Shown: positions 48,048 to 55,404 of the stretch, one piece after another
Position numbering within the stretch: position 1 is the stretch's first letter
Layout: every line of letters begins with the position of its first letter
NCBI GenBank assembly: GCA_016871275.1
Contig: VFZG01000011.1
Coordinates: forward strand, 28,800-92,799
From: Acidimicrobiia bacterium
GTDB lineage: Bacteria > Acidobacteriota > Vicinamibacteria > Vicinamibacterales > UBA2999
DNA: 64,000 nt
Direction of reading: 5' to 3'
Made by a program: the position numbers and the translations under genes
Notes under the pieces: model-generated
What the model was told of the DNA's origin: nothing
The model's input: the letters and a program-made list of their open reading frames with translations, nothing else
Databases searched by the model: none

Positions 48048-48442
48048 CGAATGCACCACGGAGACACCGAGGCACGGAGCCGTGTGATTCTTAGACTTCG
48101 TGGCTTCGTAGCGTGTTGGTAGACCCGCACACACGCGGAGCGGAGTGCCTCCGGGAGCAGCGGGAAGGTTGCGACGACGTATGCGAAGTCGTCACGCGAC
48201 AGACCGCAGCGGTGTGCGGCCAGGGCATTGAGTTGGGCGTAGTCGTCGGCGCCGGCTTCCACGCCTGACGCCGCCAGCCGTTTCGACAGTCTCGCCAGGG
48301 TCTTGAGCGGTTCGCCGCTCGGCTTCGGGACAGCCACCGGCGAGGGAGCCAGTCGCGTGCCACGGGCCGACCAGACCTCGCGGTCGAGCCCATTCTTCGT
48401 GCCGGCTGAACTTGGCGTTACGCGGTCTCGTTCACGCGACAT
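48005..48442 (-). pseudogene. Possible remnant of a restriction-modification methyltransferase C-terminus
   Basis: DDYAQLNALAAHRCGLSRDDFAYVVATFPLLPE resembles the C-terminal LYGL...IL.TFP tail of type IIG/Eco57I-like enzymes. Nothing else of such a protein is present, and the flanks (48443-48718) lack a convincing ORF. Confidence 0.25.
48054..48115. repeat. CACGGAG-word element, copy 1 (imperfect hairpin)
   Basis: ccacggagacaccgaggcacggagc followed by cttcgtgg cttcgtag words (G-U tolerant complement). The 25-nt core differs at one position from copy 2. Confidence 0.7.
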
Positions 48443-48718
48443 GCTGAGCCGGCGACCGAGCGACAGTTCGCGTCGGTGACTTGCAGTTCTGACCGCTCGC
48501 GCATCACGCCAGTTGCACACGGCCGCCGTTTTCCCCAGCAAGGCTCCTGCTGCGCGTAATGGCACAGCGGTTGCCTCAGACGTGAACATGACGCGATCCT
48601 GCTGGTCGCCAGGGCCCCCAAGGCCTCGGAGCTCACCGCCCAACTCGACACCATCGCGCGGGCGTTGTCGACCCTTCGCGAGCTCACCCAGGAACAGACC
48701 GCCGACCAACGGCACCGG

Positions 48719-49000
48719 TCAAACGTCCGGGCCGTGGCGTCGTAGCCGGATGACGGTCGCGCCGAGGTGCGACTCCGGCGCGTCCCAGAACCGCTCCACC
48801 AGCGGGTGAGTGCCAAGCAGCCGCTGGATCGACGCCCGCTGCACGCCCTTGCCGCGACCGTGGATCACGCGCACGTCGCTGAAGCCGGCCTGGCTCGCGG
48901 CGAGCAGGTATTCGTCGACGAGGGAAAGAATGTCGGACGGCGCAAAACTGTGCAGGTCGATCGTGTCCCCGATCGGGACTTCCGGAGGGTCGTGTTCCAC
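48719..49000 (-). CDS. Smr (small MutS-related) domain protein
   Basis: IDLHSF...VRVIHGRGKGVQRASIQRLL matches the Smr DLHG...IHGKG.G pattern. Confidence 0.8.
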   Translation of the reverse strand: MEHDPPEVPIGDTIDLHSFAPSDILSLVDEYLLAASQAGFSDVRVIHGRGKGVQRASIQRLLGTHPLVERFWDAPESHLGATVIRLRRHGPDV

Positions 49001-49004
49001 GCCT

Positions 49005-49075
49005 GGTGACTGCAGACTGGACTGCCGACTGCTGACTGAAAACTCTTAACCGCCGACTCTCGACTGCTGACTATA
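49005..49075. repeat. Word array GACTGCN (gactgca gactg gactgcc gactgct gactgaa ... gactctc gactgct gactata)
   Basis: Directly visible. Its right end encodes the last residues (SQQSRVGG) and the TAA stop of queF on the minus strand. Confidence 0.75.
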
Positions 49076-49408
49076 CTCAGCGGTCACCCTGGTGGTGATG
49101 CCACCGCGCGCCGTGAAGTCGCCGACCACCGTCATGCGCCGCGGCGCGCAGCAGCCGACCAGGTCGTCGAGGATCTGGTTGGTGGCGGCCTCGTAGAAAA
49201 TCCCCTTGTTCCGGAACTCGAGCAGATAGTATTTGAGTGACTTGAGCTCGATGCACCGCGCCTCGGGGACGTAACGGATGCGGATGGTGCCGAAGTCGGG
49301 CAGGCCGGTCTTCGGGCACATCGACGTGAACTCGGGGCAGTCGATCGCGATCTCGAACTCACGTTCGGGACGAGGGTTCGGGAAGGTCTCGATCGTGGAC
49401 GTGGACAT
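49046..49408 (-). CDS. queF: NADPH-dependent 7-cyano-7-deazaguanine reductase (type I QueF)
   Basis: ETFPNP...IDCPEFTSMCPKTGLPDFGTIRIRYVP...ELKSLKYYLLEFRN is collinear with B. subtilis QueF. Confidence 0.9.
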   Translation of the reverse strand: MSTSTIETFPNPRPEREFEIAIDCPEFTSMCPKTGLPDFGTIRIRYVPEARCIELKSLKYYLLEFRNKGIFYEAATNQILDDLVGCCAPRRMTVVGDFTARGGITTRVTAEYSQQSRVGG

Positions 49409-49424
49409 TGCCGATCAGTCTACA

Positions 49425-49453
49425 TTGACAGCCCCAGGGGCCGGGGATAGCAT
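49425..49453 (+). promoter_or_regulatory. Sigma-70-like promoter TTGACA-N17-TAGCAT upstream of the HU gene
   Basis: Perfect -35, 17-nt spacer and a 4/6 -10. About 100-nt leader with two GC hairpins (GCGAGGC-tgc-GCCTCGC and CCCGCC-gc-GGCGGG). Confidence 0.45.
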
Positions 49454-49557
49454 ACGGCCCTCTTAACTACTCGGGCGAGGCTGCGCCTCGCACAGACAGC
49501 AGTGTTGATGCCCGCCGCGGCGGGCGGCTGGGGGACTTCATGGAAGACGCCCGGAAG

Positions 49558-49845
49558 ATGGGCAAGTCGGAACTGTTCTCGCACTTCGCCGAGCGCTTTG
49601 ACATCAAGCGTACGCAGTCTCGTGAGTTCTTCGACGAGCTGGCGGCGCTGGCTGAGAAGGAGCTCAAACGCACCGGGGAATTCGTGATTCCCGGCATGGT
49701 CAAGCTGGTGTTGAAGAAGACCAACGCCCGCACCGGCCGCAATCCCGCCACGGGGCAGCCGATTCCCATCGCCGCCAAGACCGTGGTCAAGGCGCGCATC
49801 GTGAAGCAGCTGAAGGACGCCGTTCTGCCGAAGAAGCCGGCGTGA
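49558..49845 (+). CDS. hup: HU/IHF-family nucleoid-associated DNA-binding protein
   Basis: MGKSELFSHFAERF...RTGRNPATGQPIPIAAKTVVKARI (the DNA-binding arm R.GRNP.TG). ATG 49558 preferred over 49540. Confidence 0.85.
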   Translation: MGKSELFSHFAERFDIKRTQSREFFDELAALAEKELKRTGEFVIPGMVKLVLKKTNARTGRNPATGQPIPIAAKTVVKARIVKQLKDAVLPKKPA

Positions 49846-50607
49846 CTACTTCTTGATCTTGCGGGCGAGCTCGCGAATGTCGAGCCGCTCCATCTTGAAC
49901 TTCAACGTACTGAGCGGGACGCCGAGGTAACGCGCCGTTTGCGTGACGTTCCAGGCGTTCCGCGCCAACGCCCTCACCAGGAACTTCCGCTCGAACGTTG
50001 CCAGCGCGCGATCCAGCAGGCTGGTGTCCGACTTGGTGCGATCCGGCTCCACGACGTGCATCTCGAACGGCAGATCCACGTTGGTCGCGGCAATCAGTCG
50101 GAACTGCGTGCGGATCGCGCGATTGCCGCCGACGCGCTCGACCTCACCCTCCTGGATGGCGCGCAGCAGCTTGGCCTGGAGGTCGGGCTTGAGATCGCCG
50201 ATCTGGTCGAGGAACAGCGCGCCGGTGAACGAGCCTTTCTGGTGGCCGAACAGCGTGCTTTCGACCAGCTCGCGGGGAATGGCGGCGACGTGCACCGCCA
50301 CGAACGGCGCGTCAGGGTTGGACGACTGGCGATGCAGCAGAGGCGCCAGCAGCTCCTTGCCCGTGCCGCTTTCGCCGAGAATCAGTACCGTCGCGGACAG
50401 CCTCGCAACCTTGTGCACGGTCTCCAGCACGTTCCGCAGCGCCGTGCTCGGGCCACCGGCACGTCGACGTCCTCGCGATCCATCAGCGCCAGCCCGGCCT
50501 CGGCCGACGCGGCGCGAATCACGCGGTAATCGCGCCGCAACATCTGCGACACCCGCTCGCGCGCCTCGTCCGGCGCGTCGATGACGAGAACGGTCTGCGT
50601 CCCGCCA
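49846..50607 (-). pseudogene. Decayed sigma-54-dependent response regulator (NtrC/Fis family)
   Basis: Receiver stub TVLVIDAPDEARERVSQMLRRDYRVIRAASAEAGLALMDREDVDV has no start codon and sits in a different frame. AAA+ part: ALRNVLETVHKVARLSATVLILGESGTGKE...GSFTGA joins directly to LFLDQIGDL (about 12 aa missing). The segment after IAATNVDL (R-finger/sensor II) is missing. The Fis-type HTH is retained. Confidence 0.6.
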
Positions 50608-50613
50608 TCGGAC

Positions 50614-50634
50614 GAAGTTTAAGGTTTAAACTTC
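50614..50634. promoter_or_regulatory. AT-rich perfect inverted repeat GAAGTTTAA-GGT-TTAAACTTC
   Basis: 9-bp arms and a 3-nt spacer. Stands out against GC-rich flanks. Lies between the regulator remnant and the small-ORF/lpd operon. Confidence 0.3.
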
Positions 50635-50644
50635 ACAGTCAGTT

Positions 50645-50884
50645 ATGGTTCTGTGGGTCATCGCGGCGTCTGCGCTTGCCATTGCCCTGCTCGCGCTGCT
50701 GCACGCGCGCCGCGCGGCGCGGCAGCTCGCGCAGCTGACGGAGATGTACTGGCAATTGAAGTTCGATCACGGTGAGCTCAAGGCCAGGGTCGAGCCATCC
50801 AGCCCTCCTGCCAACACGCCTTCACCAGGCTTCGTTCCCCTGACCCGCCTTCGCCAGGGCTCCGGCGAGGCAGGCCCTCGCTAA
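50645..50884 (+). CDS. Small membrane protein (one TM helix plus a short amphipathic helix)
   Basis: MVLWVIAASALAIALLALLHA then RRAARQLAQLTEMYWQLKFDHGELKARV. No SD and no family recognised. Confidence 0.35.
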   Translation: MVLWVIAASALAIALLALLHARRAARQLAQLTEMYWQLKFDHGELKARVEPSSPPANTPSPGFVPLTRLRQGSGEAGPR

Positions 50885-50904
50885 ATGCGCTACAGTGGTG
50901 GGTT

Positions 50905-52353
50905 GTGGCTAACGAGTACGACGTCGTAGTTATTGGCGCCGGCACCGGCGGATATGTCGCCGCCATCCGCGCCGCGCAATTGGGCCTCACAGTCGCCGTC
51001 GTCGAGAAGCAGACAGCGCTCGGTGGCACCTGCCTGATTTGGGGCTGCATTCCCACCAAGGCCTTGCTCGAACACGCGCACGCGCTGAAGGTGGCGCAGG
51101 CGGCGAAGGAATGGGGGTTAGCCGGCATCGACGGCGCCGCCGTGACCATCGACATGCCGGCCGTGCACGCGCGCAAGGACAAGATGATCGCCGGCCTCAC
51201 CGGCGGCATCGAGATGCTGTTCAAGAAGAACAAGATCGACTGGATCAAGGGCACGGCCCGCTTGACCGGCGGGCTTGGCGTCGAGATCACGCTCAACGGC
51301 CCGTCGACAGCCTCAGGGCAGGCCGGCGGCAAGCAGTCGATCACCGCCACCAAAGAGATCATCGTCGCCACCGGATCGGCGCCGCGCAGCGTGCCCGGCA
51401 TCGACGTCGATCGCAAGCAGATCATCTTCAGCGACGAGGCGATTCGCCTGCCGGCGGTGCCGAAGTCGATTGCCATCATGGGCAGCGGCGCGGTGGGCGT
51501 GGAGTTCGCGTCGGTCTTCAAGAGTTACGGCAGCGAGGTCACGGTGATCGAGCTGCTGCCGCGGCTGGTGCCCGGCGAGGACGAGGCGGTGTCGGCCGAA
51601 CTTGAGCGCGTCTTCAAGAAGAAGGGCATCAAGGTGATGACCGGTGCCAGGGTCACCGCCGCGAAAGCCGGCGCCAAGGCCGTGGACATCGACGTCCAAG
51701 GGGCTGACGGCAAGCCACAGAAACTCAGCTTCGAATTGCTGTTGGTCGCCACCGGCCGCGGACCCGTCACCGAGGGTCTGGGCGCCGAGCAGCTCGGCCT
51801 GAAGATGGACCGCGGCTACATCGTGGTCGATCAGATGTTCCGGACGAATGTGCGCGGTGTCTCCGCGATCGGCGACGTGATTACCATGGGCGGCCCGCAC
51901 TATCAGCTCGCGCATGTGTCGTCGATGGAAGGCATCGTGCTCGCCGAGCGCATTGCCGGCCATCAGGTTCAGCCGATCAACTACGACCATGTGCCTCGCT
52001 GCACCTACACCGAGCCTGAGATTGGCAGCGTCGGCATGACCGAGGCGCAGGCCAGCGCGCAGGGACATGACGTGCGAGTCGGGACGTTCCCGTTCCGCGC
52101 GCTGGCGCGCGCCCGCATGGCCGGCGAGACCGACGGCTTCGTCAAGATCGTCGCGGAGAAAAAGTACGACGAGATTCTTGGCGTGCACATTATCGGCCCG
52201 CGCGCCACGGAACTGGTGGCCGAGGCGGTGATGGCGCTGCGCATGGAAGTGACCGTCGAAGAGCTGGTCAAGACGATTCACGCGCACCCAACGATGTCGG
52301 AGGCGGTGGGTGAAGCCGCCCACGCTGCGCACGGGGCGGCGATACACCTGTGA
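50905..52353 (+). CDS. lpdA: Dihydrolipoyl dehydrogenase (E3)
   Basis: YDVVVIGAGTGGYVAAIRAAQLG, redox-active GGTCLIWGCIPTK and C-terminal HAHPTMSE. Confidence 0.9.
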   Translation: MANEYDVVVIGAGTGGYVAAIRAAQLGLTVAVVEKQTALGGTCLIWGCIPTKALLEHAHALKVAQAAKEWGLAGIDGAAVTIDMPAVHARKDKMIAGLTGGIEMLFKKNKIDWIKGTARLTGGLGVEITLNGPSTASGQAGGKQSITATKEIIVATGSAPRSVPGIDVDRKQIIFSDEAIRLPAVPKSIAIMGSGAVGVEFASVFKSYGSEVTVIELLPRLVPGEDEAVSAELERVFKKKGIKVMTGARVTAAKAGAKAVDIDVQGADGKPQKLSFELLLVATGRGPVTEGLGAEQLGLKMDRGYIVVDQMFRTNVRGVSAIGDVITMGGPHYQLAHVSSMEGIVLAERIAGHQVQPINYDHVPRCTYTEPEIGSVGMTEAQASAQGHDVRVGTFPFRALARARMAGETDGFVKIVAEKKYDEILGVHIIGPRATELVAEAVMALRMEVTVEELVKTIHAHPTMSEAVGEAAHAAHGAAIHL

Positions 52354-52423
52354 GGTCTATGGGCGACGGGCGACGGCCACGACAGTCGTCGCCGCACCGT
52401 TGCCCGTAGCCCGAGAGAGCGCT

Positions 52424-53662
52424 ATGTCTACACCTGTTGTCATGCCCCAGATGGGCGAGTCGATCGCCGAAGGCACCATCGTTCGGTGGATCAAGAAGGT
52501 CGGCGACACGGTCGATCGCGACGAGCCGCTGTTCGAGATTTCCACCGACAAGGTCGACGCCGAGATCCCCTCGCCCGCCGCGGGCGTCCTCACCGCGATC
52601 TCGGTGAAGGAAGGCGAAACGGTGCCGGTCAACAGCGTCGTCGCCACGATCGGCGTGGCCGGCAAGGTCGCCGACGCCGCGCCGGTGGCCGCCAATCCGG
52701 GCCCCCGCGGCGCGACCGTGGCAGCCGCTGCGCCTGCCTCGGCGACAGCTGCTGCGCCGCCGCCCGTTGACGACACCGAGAGCGGTGATCGTCACAAGTC
52801 GTCACCACTCGTTCGCAAGATCGCCAAGGAACACAACCTCGATATCTCGCGGATCCAGGGAACCGGTATCGGCGGCCGCGTGACCAAGCAGGACATCCTC
52901 GGCTTCGTCGAGCGGGGAGCGGGGAGCAGGGGCCAGGGAGCAGGGATGCCACCCAGCCCGGTGGCGCGAGCGGCCGGCGACCAGGTCGAGAAGATGTCGG
53001 TGATGCGCAAGAAGATCGCCGAGCACATGGTGCTCAGCAAGCGCACGTCGGCGCACGTCTACTCGGTGTTCGAGGTCAACTACTCGCGTGTCGACCAGAT
53101 CCGCCAGGCGAAGAAAGGCGACTACGAGCGCGCCGGCGTGAAGCTGACCTTCACGTCGTTGATCGCCAAGGTCGCGGTCGATTGCCTGCGCCGGCACAAG
53201 ACGATCAACGCGTCGATCGACGGCGACAACATCGTCTACCGCAGCGACATCAATCTCGGCATCGCCGTGGCGCTCGAGAACGGATTGATCGTGCCGGTGG
53301 TGCAGGCGGCGGGTGAGAAGAACACGCTCGGCCTGTCGCGCGCCATCCAGGACGTTGCCGAGCGCGCCCGCGCCAAGAAGCTGAATCCCGAGGAGGTCCA
53401 GCACGGCACCTTCACGATCACCAATCCCGGCAACTTCGGCGCGCAGTTCGGCCTGCCGATCATCAACCAGCCGCAGGTGGCGATCCTTGGTGTCGGCACC
53501 ATCGAAAAACGGCCGGTGGTGGTGGACGATACGATTGGCATCCGGCTGATGGGCTACCTCACGCTCGGCTACGATCACCGGCTGGTGGACGGCGCGGTGG
53601 CCGATCAGTTCATGGCCGATGTGAAGCGCGGGATCGAGAACTTTGATCCGTCGCAGGCGTGA
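52424..53662 (+). CDS. 2-oxoacid dehydrogenase E2 (dihydrolipoamide acyltransferase)
   Basis: ATG 52424. Lipoyl domain (LFEISTDKVDAEIPSP), E3-binding domain (SPLVRKIAKEHNLDISRIQGTGIGGRVTKQDIL) and catalytic GYDHRLVDGAVADQF. Substrate specificity (PDH vs BCKDH) cannot be told. Confidence 0.9.
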   Translation: MSTPVVMPQMGESIAEGTIVRWIKKVGDTVDRDEPLFEISTDKVDAEIPSPAAGVLTAISVKEGETVPVNSVVATIGVAGKVADAAPVAANPGPRGATVAAAAPASATAAAPPPVDDTESGDRHKSSPLVRKIAKEHNLDISRIQGTGIGGRVTKQDILGFVERGAGSRGQGAGMPPSPVARAAGDQVEKMSVMRKKIAEHMVLSKRTSAHVYSVFEVNYSRVDQIRQAKKGDYERAGVKLTFTSLIAKVAVDCLRRHKTINASIDGDNIVYRSDINLGIAVALENGLIVPVVQAAGEKNTLGLSRAIQDVAERARAKKLNPEEVQHGTFTITNPGNFGAQFGLPIINQPQVAILGVGTIEKRPVVVDDTIGIRLMGYLTLGYDHRLVDGAVADQFMADVKRGIENFDPSQA

Positions 53663-53668
53663 CCATTC

Positions 53669-53735
53669 GCCACGGAGTCACCGAGGCACGGAGCATTGAT
53701 CAGGGACGCTCCGCGGCGTCGTGTCTCCGTGTCGC
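53669..53735. repeat. CACGGAG-word element, copy 2 (imperfect hairpin)
   Basis: gccacggagtcaccgaggcacggagc ... ctccgcgg cgtcgtgt ctccgtgt cgc. Lies between E2 and lipB. Confidence 0.7.
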
Positions 53736-53744
53736 ATCTGTGAC

Positions 53745-54410
53745 ATGAAGCCGCTCACCGTCAGACGCCTCGGGGTCGTTGCATACGCTGACGGTCTCGA
53801 GCTGCAGCGGCTGCTGGTCGAAGAGCGCAAGGCCGATCGCGTTCCCGACACGCTGCTCCTGCTGCAGCATCCGCACGTGCTCACCGTCGGCGTCAAGCAG
53901 GACGGCAGGCAGCACATCCTGGCGACCCCCGATCGGTTGTCGTCGCTCGGCGTTGATGTCGTCGAGACCGGCCGTGGCGGCGACGTGACCTATCACGGTC
54001 CCGGCCAGCTGGTCGGCTACCCGATTCTCGACCTCAATCCCGACCGCCGCGACGTGCACAAGTACGTGCGCGATCTCGAAGAGGTGATGATCCGCGTCTG
54101 CGCGGACTACGGCCTCGCAGCCGGACGCATCAAAGACCTCAGCGGCGCCTGGATCGAGGACGAGAAGATCGGCGCCATTGGCGTGCGCATCTCGCGCTGG
54201 ATCACCAGCCACGGCTTTGCCTTCAACGTCACCACCGACGTGAACTTCTTCAACCTGATCGTGCCGTGCGGCATAGCCGACCGCGGCGTGACGTCGTTGT
54301 CGGCCAGGCTGGGTCGCGCCGTTGCGATGGCCGAGGTGGAAGATCGGATCGTGGCGCACCTGTCGAGCGTGTTTGACAGATCCGTAAGTCAAGACCGATC
54401 AGCAGTGTGA
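53745..54410 (+). CDS. lipB: Lipoyl(octanoyl) transferase
   Basis: LLLLQHPHVLTVG, RGGDVTYHGPGQLVGYPILDL and IGAIGVRISRWITSHGFAFNV. Confidence 0.9.
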   Translation: MKPLTVRRLGVVAYADGLELQRLLVEERKADRVPDTLLLLQHPHVLTVGVKQDGRQHILATPDRLSSLGVDVVETGRGGDVTYHGPGQLVGYPILDLNPDRRDVHKYVRDLEEVMIRVCADYGLAAGRIKDLSGAWIEDEKIGAIGVRISRWITSHGFAFNVTTDVNFFNLIVPCGIADRGVTSLSARLGRAVAMAEVEDRIVAHLSSVFDRSVSQDRSAV

Positions 54411-54453
54411 GCGCCATGAAATACAACCCGCCACTGCCGGGTTCTTCACTGGC

Positions 54454-55404
54454 ATGCACCAGCACCAGTCCGCCCTCGTGGAGCGGCTCCGCGGGCGCGA
54501 CGGGCGTGCCGTTGCGGAGCGGTCGTCGTTGTAGGGCCAGAGGATCTTTCAACTCGCCTTCCGTTACGTGCGCAATCACGAGCAGGCCGAGGAAGTCGTC
54601 CAGGACGTGCTGATGAAGGTGTTCCGCAAGATCGAAATGTGCCGCGGCGACTCGGCCTGGTCGTCGTGGATCTACCGCATCACGTTCAACACCGCCATGT
54701 CGCGGCGGCGCCGCTGGCGGGCGAGGCGTGCGCTCGAGGTGACCGAGCTCGAGATTGGCTCGGTGTCCGACGATCGTCTGAACGCGCACGATCCGGCCGA
54801 CGGGTCCCACGTGGGCGACGAAGAGTTGCTGCGCCGGCAGTTGCGCGAGCGGCTCGTGGAGGCGGTTGACGATCTGCCGGCAATCTATCGGGAGCCGGTG
54901 GTCCTGCGAGACTTGAAGGGGCTGACGACGGAACAGGCCAGCACCAGACTGCGCGTCAAGGACCAAACGCTGAAGTCGCGCCTGCATCGCGGCCGGTTGC
55001 GGTTGCGGGAAAACCTGGCCGACTTCGCAAACGGCCTGTCGATGCGTCTGGTTGCTGGTTGCTACGCGCGCAGCGCGGTTTCGAAGCGCACGCGATCGCG
55101 CGTCGACAGCGACGGCGGGACCAGCGTCGCGATGCCCGCCGGTTGCAGCGTCACCGGCATCATCGCCGAGCGTCCCGCCACGCCTTCATCACGCGTCACC
55201 GCCACCAGCGCGGCGTGGACACGCGGCGACCTGGTCAGCGCGGTCCGAATCAGCCGCGTCGCCGCGCCCGCCAGCGCATACGGGCCGGGCGGCCACAGCC
55301 GCGCAAGGCGTGCATCGAGCCGCGCCAGCTGCGCCGCGCTCAGCACGTGCGTGGCGCAGCGCCCGGCGATGGCGGTTTCATCCCACGGCACGATGACGTT
55401 CTGA
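54454..55404 (+). pseudogene. ECF-type sigma-70 factor interrupted by an in-frame TAG and lacking a normally placed stop
   Basis: MHQHQSALVERLRGRDGRAVAERSSL-TAG(54532-54534)-GQRIFQLAFRYVRNHEQAEEVVQDVLMKVF...SSWIYRITFNTAMSRRRR...PVVLRDLKGLTTEQASTRLRVKDQTLKSRLHRGRLRLRE. After region 4 the frame runs about 115 more codons, antisense to the next gene. Confidence 0.55.

Noticed and set aside
54407-54613. 68-aa plus-strand ORF overlapping the lipB stop
   Set aside because: It is out of frame with the recognisable ECF sigma N-terminus that occupies the same DNA, and it has a Ser/Pro/Arg-rich composition.
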